Shown here: piece after piece, positions 47,138-61,690 of the stretch
Layout of the letters: each line of letters begins with the position of its first letter
Numbering within the stretch: position 1 is the first letter of the stretch
Assembly (NCBI RefSeq): GCF_964188315.1
Contig: NC_135656.1
Location: forward strand, 107,074,001-107,138,000
Source of the DNA: Podarcis muralis
Lineage: Eukaryota
Length of the DNA: 64,000 nucleotides
Reading direction: 5' to 3'
The notes under the pieces: model-generated
Told to the model about the DNA's origin: nothing
Databases searched by the model: none
What the model saw: the letters and a program-made list of their open reading frames with translations, nothing else
Program-made: the position numbers and the translations under genes

Positions 47138-50100
47138 CTCTAGAGGATAAATGTCTCAAGCTGAAAGTCCTCAAAGCAAGAAAAGAGGAGCACTTCAAGT
47201 TCATGCCGATGAGCAGAGCAGGCAGATGGAAATCAGAGAAAGCTCCCCACTGAGACCAACCCCCAATCTTGAAGTCTCCAAATCCCAGTGACTGGAGAAA
47301 CGGCAGCTACAGGAGCCCAAAGGGAAAAAACTCCAATGCCACATTCTCCACCCTGATGGTGATGAAGCAGCAGCAGACTAAGATAACCTCACCTTTTGCC
47401 TCTCAGTTTCACTTGCCAGAAAACGAGTCAACAATTTTCATGATAGTTTTCTGGACCAGATGATCACTTAACAGGAGAAAGACATGTGAACTTGCAGAGA
47501 GTTGAGAAGGCAGCCAGGAAGCCTTGTTTCACAGGTGTACAAAAAACATGCCTTCCCTTGAGACTCCGGGATGGAGATATTCTAGTCCAGCTGGTTCCCT
47601 CATGATACCTAACTCCCTCCTCTGTGAGCATCAGCTACCAGATCAGGGAGGATTAACCTTTCCCATCTAAAGAGGGGTGTGTGAGGAAGTAGTGAGAGGA
47701 AGAGAGAGAACTCGGTGAGTAAACTGATAATGTTTTGCTCGGTGGCTTTGCTTGCTTGTTGAGCGGAATTGAGCAATACAGCACTCTCCCACCAAGAAGG
47801 GGCAGCACTAAGCTGGAAAAACGGAAACAGACTCTTGAGGCTTGGCTGCTGACCAAGCCTGTCAGAATTGGGGCCACCAGAGCTAAGGAATGCAAGCCAC
47901 AGAACGGGAAAGAAAAAGCTCCGGAGCCAGGGAAACCTTGTCACTTGAAGACCTCATAGAAAGTCCCTTTTGCTTTGTAAGCCTTTCATGCGCTCCATCT
48001 GCGCAGCTTTAAAACTTCAAAGCTGTGGAGACCAAAAGCCTGGGTCACTTGGAAAGCATGCAAGTGCAATGCTCAAAGAGCCAAATCCCATGGCAGGTTC
48101 TGTGCTCTGTGACACAGCACAAAATACGCGTGTCCTTGGGCACAATTTGTCCCTTTTCAGGAAATGCCAGCTTCAGGTGGAAAAGGGGTGGGATGAGGAG
48201 GAGAAGGCTGAAGGCTTAGAAACAAAGTCTCTCGCTTGTTCTGGCCTGTCTTATCTCAAACAGCTAGTCAGCAGCAGGAAGGATTCCTTAGACTGAGCCT
48301 GTTTCAGCATTGATTGTAGGACGGATTCAAGGCTGGAGACAGGGAGAAAGGCAAAGACAACAGCATCAGGACCTGTGCTGGCTGGACTCCACAGGACTAC
48401 CACCACCAGCACAGAAAGGATCCCAGTTACGTTTTATACGTTGCTGCAATTTATTGTGCATTTCTTAAATGTAGTTTAATCTTATTAGTAAGCTGCCTTG
48501 GATGGATTTGTATTCTGAAAGGTGGGACAAACAACTGTAATGAATAATAATGGACCACCCAAGACAGATAGAAACCCAGCAACTAGATCATGCAACATAT
48601 CCAGATGCTAACTTTGCCTGCCCGCCTATCCACTCAGACAACACTACTGTAGGGCTTAATAATATACACAACACAGCATCAGGGGCTCATTCAACTGCTT
48701 ATACTTCTACCTCAACTGTTGGACATCAGTTGCTGGGAAGAACAAATGGGAAGGCTAGGGAGAGTGCCTTGAACTCAGGTCTTGCTTGCAAATGTCTCAG
48801 CAGCATCTGGTTGGCCACTGTAAGAAAAGGAGGCTGGACTAGATGGGCCTTTGGTCTGATCCAGCACAGCCCGCCCCCCCCCCCTTATCTTCAACATGTG
48901 ATAGAAGCCATCACCTGCCAACAAAGACCTTCTATAAGGCGCAAATAGATCAGTCACTATGCAGGAGTGTAAATGGATACAAGCCAGACTTATAAATCCC
49001 ATGTACATTTAGAAACCAGCAGGAGAACATTTCAGCCTTCCAGGATACTCTGCCACTGACCTAAACATCAATATTCTTCATGCAAAAAACAAACTTCCAA
49101 GGGAGAATCCAGCATGAAATTGTTGAATAGCATTTACCATCAGGTTTGACTGTATTCGTGGGCTTAAATCAGAACCAAGGGTGTGGGGAAGTAGGGGAGC
49201 GGGGGAAGTCCCATTATACAAGTAGAAAAGCTTGTGCTGGTGGGATAGAAATGCTCTTATGCATGTGAAATTTGGATTTCAAACTGAAAACAGTATCATG
49301 ACTACATGAATAAATGCTGTTTGCTTTTGCTAAAGGAATGGTAAACACATTTAGTTGGAAATAAGCACCATTTTGTTGTGGATATGGTCCTAGTGTATGA
49401 TCTGAAGGCACACACACACACAAGGCCTTGCTGAAGCTAAGCAGCTCTGGGTCTATTCAGTGCTTGAATGTTTACTCCCTTGGAAAGAGAGGTGGGATAT
49501 AATGGAGGAGAAGTGAGATATAAAGTAAAATTTAAATCAATAAAGATAAACAACAAATAAACTATTCTGATTGTTACTTCAGGCATTTTGTTAACTACCT
49601 TGCCTCTTCTTTTGGAAAGAAAAGGCAAAACAAAAATAGTAAAAATATAGGAATAATGCACACCATGGGCAGAAATCCCTGGAAATTATTCTGAGAGAAT
49701 CCGATCTGTAGACTTGTTTTTAACACCCATTGTCTTGCTTTGTAGCTTCTCCTTTATCCTTCAGAAGAACTGGTGACAGATACCTTCCCTGGGCATAATG
49801 GGCACTGTAAGCAATCTGCCTTGCTTGGGACACAGTGACCCAGCTAACAGCATGATAAAGGGCTGCAGGCAGGGCACAAGAGACTGAACACTTGAAACAG
49901 ATTCCCATCTCTGCATAAAGGGGGAATTCAAAAAGTTTAAGGAAGGAAGTAATCAGATCATAGGTGAATGAGGGGTGGTGTTGCTTTCAGCTCTTCTGCT
50001 TTCCACATCACCCCAGGATTTAAGAATATCTGAAGGAAGGCTAGCTGTAAGTACCTCCCACCATGAAGCATAGTCCATGCGCCTAAGATGTATGGTTTCC

Positions 50101-50395
50101 TCCACAGTGGTGCCCCAATGATGGGAGCTCTTTATCCAGAAAAGCTCACCTGACCAATTCTACAAACAGTTTAGAAAGCAGTTTACAATCAGTTTAGGTA
50201 AAGCTTTCGTCCTCTTGGAACAATGTCAGAATCTGCCTACAGATTTTTTTAAAATATATTATTACTCATTTGTTTTCCTGGTTGGCTGTTAATTTGGAAT
50301 ACATTTTTTTCCTGATGGGGTTCCATTGTCTCATTGTACTTTATGTTGCATTCCAATGTGAGCCATCTTTGAGATCTTGGCTAAGATACAAGCTC

Positions 50396-50755
50396 AAAAA
50401 GGTAAAGGTACTCCTGCCCGTATGGGCCAGTCTTGACAGACTCTAGGGTTGTGCGCCCATCTCACTTAAGAGGCCGGGGGCCAGCGCTGTCCGGAGACAC
50501 TTCCGGGTCACGTGGCCAGCGTGACATCGCTGCTCTGGCGAGCCAGAGCCGCACACGGAAACACCGTTTACCTTCCCGCCAGTAAGCGGTCCCTATTTAT
50601 CTACTTGCACCCGGAGGTGCTTTCGAACTGCTAGGTTGGCAGGCGCTGGGACTGAGCAACGGGAGCGCACCCCGCCGCGGGGATTCGAACCGCCGACCTT
50701 TCGATCGGCAAGCCCTAGGCGCTGAGGCTTTTACCCACAGCGCCACCCGCGTCCC
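50396..50755 (-). mobile_element. Sauria SINE
   Basis: Full body; TSD taagatacaagct / taagacacaagct with one mismatch. Confidence 0.9.
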
Positions 50756-51024
50756 TTAAGACACAAGCTTACACACCTGAATTTTAAAGAAACAAAAACG
50801 TGAGAACGGTGGTATAGTCGTAATGGGTTATTAGGTCAAGTAATACTAATAAGGAGTGGCAGAAGTGGACAATTGGTGAGCCAAGGTTGGATCACAGTTA
50901 ATATAAGACACAATGTGACATGCTAATAATGTACGTAACTGCCTGCTGTCTTTCTCCTCATACTATGTAATGAGCTGAGCTTGACTGAAAAAGTTGAGCT
51001 TGAATCTTAGCAAGAAAAAGGCAC

Positions 51025-51900
51025 TGTGGGTGAGTGGTTCCGGTGTCTGGGAAACTGGACAGCTGTCTGTCCTGGATGGGGTTGCACTCCTCCTAAAGGA
51101 GCAGACAAGCAGTCAGGGGTGTTTCTGGGTCCAGCTTTGTCACTGGAGCCACAGGTAGACTCAGTGGCTGGAAGCGCCTTTTACCAGCTGCGCTTGGTAC
51201 AGAAGCTTTTATTCTTCCTGGACTGGGAAAACTTGACCACAATAGTTCAGACACTGGTGACTTCAAGTCTGGATTGCTGCAATGTACTCTAAGTGGAGCT
51301 CCATTGTGCTTGACCTAGAAACCACAGTTGGTGTAGAATGCTGCAGCACAGTTGCTAACAGGAGTGAGACCCTGCTCAGATATCTGCACTGGTTGCTGAT
51401 TTCTTACCGGGCAGAGTTCAAGGTGTTACTATTAGTATACAAAGCCCTTAATGGCTTGGGACTAGTTTACTTGTGGGATCACCTTACCCAATATGTGCCC
51501 TCTAAACCACTTTGATCTACAGAACTGGCACTGTTACAGGTGCCACATAATACCTGCTACACAGTTTTAAGGAATCAAGTCTTTGAGTATTTCAGCACCC
51601 ATACTTTGAATTTCCCTGCCTCTTGACATTGGGCAGGTGCCCTGACTACATTCTTTTTGGCACTTGCTTGTAACAGGTATTGGCAATCCTATGGACACGA
51701 CTAAATGACTAAACAACAACCCAGACCCATAAATGTTGGTGTGTTTTAATATTTTCTACAGTTTTAAATGTTGGTGTGTTTTAATATTTTCTACAGTTTA
51801 TTTTAATGATTTTTTAAATTGTTTAAAATTGTTTTTCTGATAATTTTGGTATTTTTTGGAAACCACTTTGAGGTTTTATTACAATCAAGTGGTACAGAAA
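51025..51900 (+). mobile_element. Degenerate L2 LINE 3' fragment
   Basis: GVFLGPALSLEPQVDSVAGSAFYQLRLV, TLVTSSLDCCNVL and LHWLLISYRAEFKVLLLVYKALNGLG; AT-rich tail. Confidence 0.8.
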
Positions 51901-51907
51901 ATGTTAA

Positions 51908-52180
51908 CGGGACGTGGGTGGCACTGTGGTCTAAACCTCTTGGGCTTGCCGATCGGAAGGCCGGCAGTTTGAATCCTCGCAATGGGGTGAGCGTCCGTTA
52001 CTCTGTCTCAGTTTCTGCCAACCTAGCAGTTTGAAAGCACACCAGTGCAAGTAAATAAATAGGTACCACTGCGGTGGGAAGGTGAACGGCGTTTCCATGC
52101 GCTCTGGCTTCTGTCACGGTGTCCCATTGCACCAGACTGGACTTAACCATCCAGGGGTCCTTTACCTTTATTTTTACCTA
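51908..52180 (+). mobile_element. Sauria SINE with internal deletion
   Basis: gggacgtgggtggcactgtggtctaaacc head and tttacctttatttttacc tail; 3' body shortened. Confidence 0.8.
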
Positions 52181-55028
52181 TATAAATTGTTGTTAAATAA
52201 ATATGTCTAGTGTGGCTCTATCTATGCATTCTGCTGCATTTTAAGGATATGCACCCTTAATAAAGGAATCTGACCCCAGTATTAGTCTAGGACATGGATG
52301 GAGAACTTTGATCACACCAGCAAAACAACTTCCTGTGCCAGATGTGTGCACCCTATTTGCCTGTTTCAGTTTCAAGCAACTTACTGCAATTTGCACACTG
52401 TTTTCTCAAACCTGAAACCTGCCACATTACAGTGGGCAGACACCTCTTCATCAAACCATGTGCTGGTTTTGGAGTGGCTATCCTCATGTACAAAAGCAGA
52501 AGTTACTTGAACAATCCTCCCATGGCTTGCCTTCTCATTTCCCAACCTGCTCTTACTATTTGGCTAGCCTTGTAAATAGTTAGCATTGGCTGTCTGGGTT
52601 GAGGAAGATTTGCCACCCAATAGGGAAACAGGGAATGAACCCTTTCAGATTGCCAGTATGCCAGTAAAGGACTAATAGTCACCAAGCTGGCAAGTAATTT
52701 TTGTGAACCACTTTAAGGTGATGTGCAACACTTGCTAATAACCAAGATTATTGGTCAGGAATACTATTGTCTGCTGGAAGCCTCAGGAAGGTTTAAAAAT
52801 AGTGTTTGTTTTTTAAAGCAACACAGAATGAAACAGGACCCATTATAGGCCCCCATTCTTTTGTCATCTTATTATGGGGTGCTATTCCATTTCATTTTAC
52901 ACTTGCAAGCTACATTTCTCCCTGTGCTTTATTCTATCTACCTTCAGCAGCTGCCTCTCTTTCTAGGGCACGTTTTAAGATGAATAGAGACATCCACAAA
53001 GGTTGAGCATCAAAAGAAGGGAAGAAATGTCATGCCTGACTCCAGGAGAGAGATGGTATGCTTTGCAGCAGACTGCCACTGAGCCAGAAGAGAAATAAAA
53101 TGGACATGGAAGATCAAACAGCAAATATAGGGCAGGATTGTTAGCATACCTGCATTTAACAGAAAGAATAAAAATGAGAGAGGCGTAGATAAAACGGTTC
53201 CAATACCTTGAGCGATTTTAAAAACTGGACCCTAAAGAGATACTTTTGGCACTGTATTGATTTGGGACATCTAGCCTTTAAGCCACTGCACTTGCCTCTC
53301 CTACCCCACTGCCAAATCACAAATGAGAATTGCTGCCTTTTCCCTCCGCACCCAACTGTCATCACATCCCAATCCAAGCTCCCCAGGACAGAACAAGTAG
53401 CAGCCCCCCCCGGCTCCCCCCTTCCTCCCCAGCATGCCTCTTCTGCACCCCCCTCTCCTCTCAATTTCCATCCAACGTCGCCTCCCTACACCAACATCCT
53501 TCTCTCCCCTTTTGCGGGGCTCCCTCCAGAAAATGAGGATATATTTGGCTCAGGGAGACTCTCCTTGCCTCCAGCTGGGACTTACTGATTTAATTCCCCC
53601 CCCTTTGCCCCCCCTCCTGTCTGGACACCCCTCCCCCCAGCACCCACTCCTCTTCCTGCAGTCCCTTTTCCTTTCCTTTCCTTTTTCCTTTCCTTCCCTC
53701 TCTCTCCTTCTGCCAGGATCCCTCTTCCATTCTCTCCTTCCTAGAGCAGACTCCCTCCCACCAAGGGCTTCTGTAGCGCTTTCAGGCAGCTTAGTTTGCA
53801 GTGATGGAAAGGGAGATGCAGTCAGGTCTCACTTTGGAAAAGCAGTGCCAGGGCTGTGGGAGCATCCAAGAGCCCTTACACTGCCTTCTCAAAATCAGGC
53901 AGGCTTTGGGGAGGTGGCAGGGTCCACTCAAAACAACAACAACAACAACAACTCTGTCCAGATTTTCAATTTTGAAAATATGGCAACCCTAGTTAACTGC
54001 TATGTGGGAACTCATTCCCAGCCATTCCGTGAGAAAATGAAAGCCTTTCGGGGCAAAAGGTCATCACAACAACAGGGTTATAAAGTCATATGCTCAAAGT
54101 CATAAGCCATGACAAAGGCAATGAAATTTCTCTGGTAATAAACTTGGTTATCTCAAATGCAAAGCTAACTTGTCAACAAGCCACCTTCCCACTGATTTCA
54201 ATATTTATTTATTAAATTTGTATACTGCTTTTCATCTGTAGTTCTTAGGGAGCTTCATAACATAAAAATGCAAGATGCACATCCAAATAAGTGACCTTGA
54301 TAAAATTTTAATACTTCTTTTAAAACGGCCAATTTTAAAGATAAGTGATAGTTGATGCATGGCACTCCTACATCTAAAAAATGTAAGCTGGGGAAAGTTT
54401 GATCCACCTCCCCCACTTCCACAACAGACCCATGCTCAATGAGTCCCCACCTACCTTTTTCTCAGAAGCAGGCACAAAAAGCTCCTTATATTTTTAAACG
54501 CAAGTATAGCGTGTAAGACAACTCCCATGATGACATGTGTGCAGATGTTGTATCCACTTTGTGAAAGACTCAAGACTCCAAGAAGTCACCTAATTAAAAA
54601 GAAAAAGTAAGTCTGATATTTGCTGCCAAAGAAAAATTCAAATATAACTCGTATAGGTTGATGTTCCGTTAGGATCTGTGTACTGCACCATGGATAGATG
54701 AGGCACGGCACGAAGGTTTTAGGTTTAATAAAAAATAAAATAAAAACACAAAGTCAGATTCTTTTTCAGATGTGCCAACATTTCTACACAACAGCAGCCA
54801 CTGAGGGTTCCTAAATACCTGACAATATGCCAGAGACTAAACAAAAAAGAACCCCTGTGTTGCGAACAGAACAATCTGACAACCCAAAAGCAACACGGTA
54901 GGCTAATAATATAATTACAATACTTTTGTATCACAATTGAATTATGTCTTAATTGACAATCAGATAACGTACAATATATACATGGTGACACCAACATATG
55001 TATCCTGTGTACCCTTTTGGACGTTTTA

Positions 55029-55376
55029 CAGTGGTGCCTCGCAAGACGAAATTAATTCGCTCCGCGAGTTTTGTCGTCTTGCGATTTTTTTCGTCTTGCG
55101 AAGCACGGTGTCGGGAAAGTTTTGGAAAAGCTTCAAAAATCACCAAAGTCTTTAAAAACCTCAAAAAAGGTTACCACACTGCGTTCTATGAGTTGCTCCT
55201 CGAAGTCAAGTCGCAACTGTATTAACGGTGTTAAGAAAAAGGAAACAAGCTTGCAAGACGTTTCCGTCTTGCGAAGCAAGCCCATAGGAAAAATCGTCTT
55301 GCGAAGCAGCTCAAAAAACCCTTTTGTCTAGCGAGTTTTTTGTCTTCCGAGGCATTCGTCTTGCGAGGTACCACTG
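55029..55376. mobile_element. Tigger/pogo-like MITE
   Basis: TA-cagtggtgcctcgcaagacg...cgtcttgcgaggtaccactg-TA. Confidence 0.88.
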
Positions 55377-58300
55377 TACTTGGTAATGTATCTCTTATTG
55401 TGTAATAACCATTTACAGAATGTTCAGGTATATCATCTCATTTATTGTATTTGAATGTAACTGATTCTATTTGGTATTATTATCAGCTGAGGAAGAACAT
55501 TGATTGAAACAGTCAGTCATCCTGGAAGGACTGTCTTGTCGCTGTGTTTGGAGCACCAACGTTCTTCAGCTTACTCTCTACAAATACTGCATATTTGCCT
55601 CAAGCTTTAGTGATTCTTCGTGACGTTACACAGCCTAAAAACCCCTTATTTTGGGACATTTTCTTAACTCACCTTAGCTGGTGTCACCATGTATATATTT
55701 TACGTTATCTGATTGCCAATTAAGACAGAATTCAGTAGTGATACCAAAGTATTGTAATTATATTATTAGCCTACTGTGTTGCTTTTGGATTGTCAGTCAA
55801 TATGTCAGAGACTTACATTCACACATGATGCCTCCCCCATGATTCTTAAAAGCCCCATCTTTGACTGACATCCTCTTGGTTTCCAGGCTTATCCACTGAA
55901 GCCTCGAAACCTAGAGAAAGTTTTTTTCAGAATGATAGACTAATCCAACAGATTCCAGCCTTGCCTGGTTAGAACTGTCATGCTTACCAAGTGACAGACC
56001 AAAGGCCAACCAACAGCCTATCTGATAATAGTCTCCAATTGTGGCTAAGCATTCCATATGAAAAATAATGCCAATGTGAAACTGGCATTCTTGCAACAGC
56101 ACCATCCATTTGCAATGGCAGGAGTAAGGTCTCCTTGCTGCCCAGCCATGCACCCCACCCTTCCTATACAATCTGCCACCATCTGCCCTGTAACTCTCCC
56201 TCCAGTTCTACTGCCACAATTAAAACGACACAGCTTCTCTCACTGACATATCTGAACAGAAATAAGGAGAGAGAGGTTAGGAGCAAAACAAAAAGGAACA
56301 CACAAGCAGTTGCAGAGGGGACGAGTCTAGTGCTGCCAACTAGAGAGAATTTTACGGGCTTGGCCAATTGCCATCACGAGAGAACGCAAAGCCAAAAAGT
56401 TCCAGCTGAGCAGTTTGTGCTATTATTGTGCCCATGTGCGCCGTTATAGCAAGCGCTGAGGCATCACATGGGGGCAGTAACTGCATTTGTAGTGGGGTAC
56501 ACATGTGAAAGCACTGAAAGCTTTGTGCTGCTACTGCAATGAACACTGTATTGCTCCGTTCAGCTCTGCCTCTCAATACGAGGCTATCAGGGAAGTGGCA
56601 GGCACCATTTTGTAGAGTGCACCTGGAGAGACCACATGAGTATGTACATAGTGGTTGTCTAGATGGGTAAAGGTAAGTCAGCAAGTGCAGCAGAGGGGCC
56701 CATCCCCTCCCCCTCAGCTGAACCACCATCTCACACAGTTGTGAGGCTGCAGTCCCTGGAGGCAGGAGAGAGGAAGTCACCAAATTACACAATCCCCCCC
56801 AGACAGGGAAACATTATCCTCACAAAGGAAAGGCCATCTGAACGTGCTTGGGAGCACACTTGCCCTTGAGCCCTTATCTGAAAGAATTTCAGGTGGGGAT
56901 GAACATTGAGACGGGGAAGTTGGCCATTCTCCAAGGCGCTCACTTAAGCAAAACACAGCGCAGGCCACAAGTGTCCTGAAGTCAAGATTATTACCAAGGT
57001 AACTGCATTTGGGGTGGTGAGGAAGGTGCTCAATTTCCATTCCATATTTTCTCCAGGAGTTCAGAACTACAGCGTTCACCACACCTTTCATTTGCTTGCC
57101 ACCCTTTGAGGGAGGTTAGATGGAGAGATAGTACTGGGAAACCTTGGGCTAGTCACTTTTTGGCGGAGCTGCTTTTTGAAGCTGGGCCTCCCTGTTCTAC
57201 GAACGAAACTCTAGCTGTTACATCACACTAACCTGGCGTGCTGACTTGTAAAGGTTTTAAGTCAGGGGTGCCCAAACGTTTTTCAAGGGGGGCCAGATTT
57301 GATGAAGTGAACATGTATGAGGGCCACCCACCCAAAGTTGTTGAGTTTTTTTTAGGATTTACCCCAGGACATATACTGCCACAGGGCCCAGATTAATTTG
57401 GCCGGCGGTCCAGATTAGGGTCCCAAAGTGGACTTTGGATGTGTCTGTTGTAAGTAGAATAGAAATCTGCTGGCTTCTAGAAGGCAGACATTTCTGCAAT
57501 TAGCAGTTCTGCTACTCTTCCTAAAAACAAGCTCTTAAAATATGTTATCAGTATTACACAGACTCTTTTCTACTACCAGTCAAATGGTAACCAGAATTCT
57601 CAACAGAGCCAGCCAAGGTTTCTAGATCTGCAGATCAGAGCAATCTGTCAGAAAACACGTGTCTGCCCTTTGCAAGGTTTCTTAGATTCTGCCAAGCAAC
57701 AGAGACTTAATTGAATGGCTTTCAATATTTAACACTAATGAAAAGAGTTCTTCCCCAGAACACAGAAGCCATCGCTGAGTTCTGAACACTCATTCAAGTC
57801 AGTCTCAGCTGAACTCTGAATCAGATCACCTCACAGAATGTAAGATGGCCAGCAGCTTAAATGGCTTTTTAAAATGCCCAAACCAATTTACAGAGGATAG
57901 GCCTATCAATCACTGTTAGCCATGAAAGCTAAAATGAAAGTACCACAGATGGAGGCCGTACAGATCTGAATACCAGTTGCTGGAGGGTAAATCATAGAGA
58001 GAGCCATCACATTCATGACTTGTTAGTGGCTGATTCCTGTTAGAAACATCTGGCTGATTCCTGTTAGAAAGTGAATGCCAAGGAATTCTTGTAGGTCTAA
58101 TGAGAGATTGAGATGTTTCTACCTGCAATCTTGTTAGATTCTACAGGCCAGGCCCCATTGTGACTTCTTCCTGAGGTGAGGACACTACAGAATAGGGATG
58201 GAAAATCCCAGTGTTATTGGGCTACAACTCCTGGCCTGGGGCTGATGGGAGTAGGAGCCCAAAAACATATGGAAAGCTACAGGCTTCCCATTCCAGCGCA

Positions 58301-60919
58301 GAACATATTGCAGGTACATGTGTCTACTTACTACAAATGTGTTATACTGGGCATAGCTGTAAACAGAAATAATGTAATTTACGCAATAATCTTGCAGGAA
58401 AACAATTCATTGGTTTAAGAATGGAGACGAGCAGCTCACAGGTGAAGCGAAATGTTAAGAGTTCTCCAGCTGTGAGAGAGGCCACCCTCATGAAGCCCAA
58501 ATAGTTTCTACAGGGGAGGCAAGCTTCACATCCACCCCAGTTTGTCTCACATTTCATCCAGGATGTCCCTTCCCACTGACCTGGCTAGCTAAGACTATTT
58601 CTCCACTGGCTTTTATGTTCCCAGGAACCAAAATTACACAGTAAACACATACAACTACTTCCAAGTGAGGAAGTAAGAGATGCAGCCAAGGCATTGCTTG
58701 TTGAAGTGTCCTGGCTATACTTGAGAAGCGTTTATCTTGATTTAGAGTGGCACACTAATTAAATTTGGGATCGCCCACAATCAAGGCAATAACAACACAA
58801 CTCTCAGGTGTTGCAGAAGAGAAGAGAGAAACCACATGACACATTTCAGTCGAAATAGCCCTCTGGTCGGACAGGATAAACTATTATGCTGTGCATGTTG
58901 AGTAGCCAAACAGACAGCTACCTCGTTTGTGTGTTACACTAAACCATTGTTCAGTGATACGAGAACAGGTCAGAATGAGTGAAATCTCACATGTTCCCCC
59001 TTTCCTCCTATAACAGTTGGGAAAAGGAATTCATTAGTGTTTACTTTGACAGAGGTCTGTTGTTTAATACCAATCAAAGATTGAAATTTAAAACAAACTC
59101 TGGTCAAATAAACAAGCCAACTTCAAACCATAGATTATTACATTGCATGCAACAAGGCAGCAGGATTCTGTGAAACCAAAAGTAAATGCAAGCAAAGTCT
59201 TCCTCCTCACCACATGGAAGTGAAGAACAGGTGTAAGTCCAAGGCTTGGCTTGGGTTCATTCCAAGTAAGGGGATAACATGGACCCCCCAGAAAAGACCC
59301 TGGAGCTGCTACCCAAAGCCATCCACCATCACAGTAACATCTTCAGTTTAGCTTCTGTGCTCACCTGGATCTCAAGTCTCTCTCTTCCCCCATTAATTTG
59401 CACAAAGTCATGAGGCTGAACATATTTCGAAGAGACTGAGTTAATTAGGGCCTCAAAGTACTTGTACAGTCATGAGCTCAGAAAACCAGAGATGGGTGGA
59501 ATTCAGTATTCACAGGGAATACTGTACGTGATGTTGGAACTAAACAGGGAGTCGCTGAAACATCTTGCCCATAATACAAGCCTAGCCAACCATTATTAAA
59601 TTATTTCAGTATCACTGACCTTACGAGCCAACATTTAACTTTAAATTAGGGCATGCTGCATGGAATACTGAATATACAGTGTAAAACACTGTGGTGGATT
59701 CAACTTGACCCCATTTAAGGCCAATCTTGCAGTGTTAAAAGCATGGGGGCTGCTTATTGGAGACTTACGGTGGGATTCAACTAATGAGTCATCAGAGGAA
59801 GCCCTGTCAGAAGTTTTGTGGGGGGAGGGACATCAGTTTTCCCCTCCCCACAGGGGAGGGGCTCAGGGGGGAGGGGAGATACAAACTCTGGAACAGTGCA
59901 CAGAGGGGGGAGAGGAGGGATCATATCATCTGGCAAGTCCATGAAAGAACAATCACTTTAGAGCAAGGTTGAATTTCTCCTTAAAGCCCTAATGACTCTG
60001 CCTGTTGACTCTGCAGATACGAGGTAGCAGGCAGTACAACCATTTTGCTCCATATCCTTGCTGCTCTATGGGATCAGTGAAACAGAAGCATTTCCATGTG
60101 CACCCTCCCCTTCTGCACTTTCTGCATATTTGTTTCATCTTTCATCTGGGACATCCTAATATCTCCTCCCCTCTAATTTAGCATGGTATCGGAGCTAAGC
60201 ACCATCTGTATTGTGGAAGCCCATATACAACTCTTGGGAGTAAATTACAATCATGTTTGGACTTGCTGTATTCAGATGTATGGAAATGTGCACATTGATT
60301 TAATAAGCCCACTAGGTGATCAGGGCTTTCACAAGTTTGAATTTTTAAAGCAAAGATCAAAGTAATCAAACAGGTTTTTAAAAAAGTAGAGCAGAGGCTT
60401 GTGGAACTTGTCAAAGCAAGAGGGTCAAGTGCCAAAAATAGTGCTCAGAAAGCAATATTTAGTATACTGAGAGTGAGCAAATAGACACTATAAACAGAAC
60501 TTTACAAAAATACCCCATGCCAGCCCCTGCTTTGCCCATGTCAGATTGCTAGCCTGGCATGTGATTTGCTATGTAAGGAAGCAATTTGGGCTTTTGCTCC
60601 AGTGTGATATCATGCGTTGTGATTATGCACCACCACAGCAGCTCATGATACCACAACTTGATCAGGGTGCAACTGATCAAGTCAGACTTGGCAAGAGACA
60701 GTAGCATCACGTAGGCAGGGCAGTGGCCACACTGAGCACTATCCAATCCACACCAGTTGAACCACCCTTCCCTCAGTGCAAAATTATGCTAGTATGAACT
60801 CAATAACATGTGTGGCAGGACTCGGAGACCAAACAGACAGGACAGACAACCCTGGGCCCCAGAATCACGTGTCAGTTTCAGCAAGTACCCTTCACAGAAA
60901 CCATTAAATTGAACTTCCA

Positions 60920-61130
60920 GTTTCCTATCTACTGCTTCAACAGGGTAAAGAACAGCTTCTATCCGTGGGCTGTTAGGCTGCTGAATGAAAAGATAACAAC
61001 AGGGCAAATGACTTTCGGGTTTGGTGGGTGTGCGTCAGTAAACGAGGGGAATTAAGAGAGCTGAGTGGGGGGTGCTCGTGTAATCTCACTGTATACAAGT
61101 TGTACAAGTGACAATAAAGTATTTCAATTC
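60920..61130 (+). mobile_element. Probable Rex1/Babar LINE 3' end fragment
   Basis: NRVKNSFYPWAVRLLN resembles the Rex1 C-terminal motif; followed by gacaataaagtatttcaattc. Confidence 0.55.
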
Positions 61131-61481
61131 CACTATCGCCAAAGCTGCAATCCTGCAAACGCTTACTGGGAGTACAAGTGAGTGCATTAGGACTGAGTTC
61201 TAGATAAACATACACAGGTTTGCAGTTCATGGGACTGATCTGTGAACTAGAAGCCTCTGGCCTAGATTTTACTTCTGACATTAGGTTGCCTTCACCAAGC
61301 TACTATCTCTCACAGATTCACATACCACATAGCTACAGAGGGGACAGCTGTGTTACTGAGTTCCCAAATGAAAACTCTGTAGTACCCAGTCAGCTTAAGG
61401 TACAACCTCAACACACTTCCAAGGCTCCTGATAGTTCCTTGGCAGCCATGTCTTTACCTGCTCCACACCTGGCATTACATA

Positions 61482-61690
61482 CAGTGGTACCTCGGGTTAA
61501 GTACTTAATTCGTTCCGGAGGTCCGTTCTTAACCTGAAACTGTTCTTAACCTGAAGCACCACTGCCAGAGCCCGATTTCTGTTCTTATCCTGAAGCAAAG
61601 TTCTTAACCTGAAGCACTATTTCTGGGTTAGCGGAGTGTGTAACCTAAAGCGTATGTAACCTGAAGTGTATGTAACCCGAGGTACCACTG
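61482..61690. mobile_element. Tigger/pogo-like MITE
   Basis: TA-cagtggtacctcggg...cccgaggtaccactg-TA. Confidence 0.88.

Noticed and set aside
51730-51800. 35-bp tandem duplication (a similar one at 58025-58070)
   Set aside because: Ordinary slippage duplications in decayed repeat or intergenic DNA.
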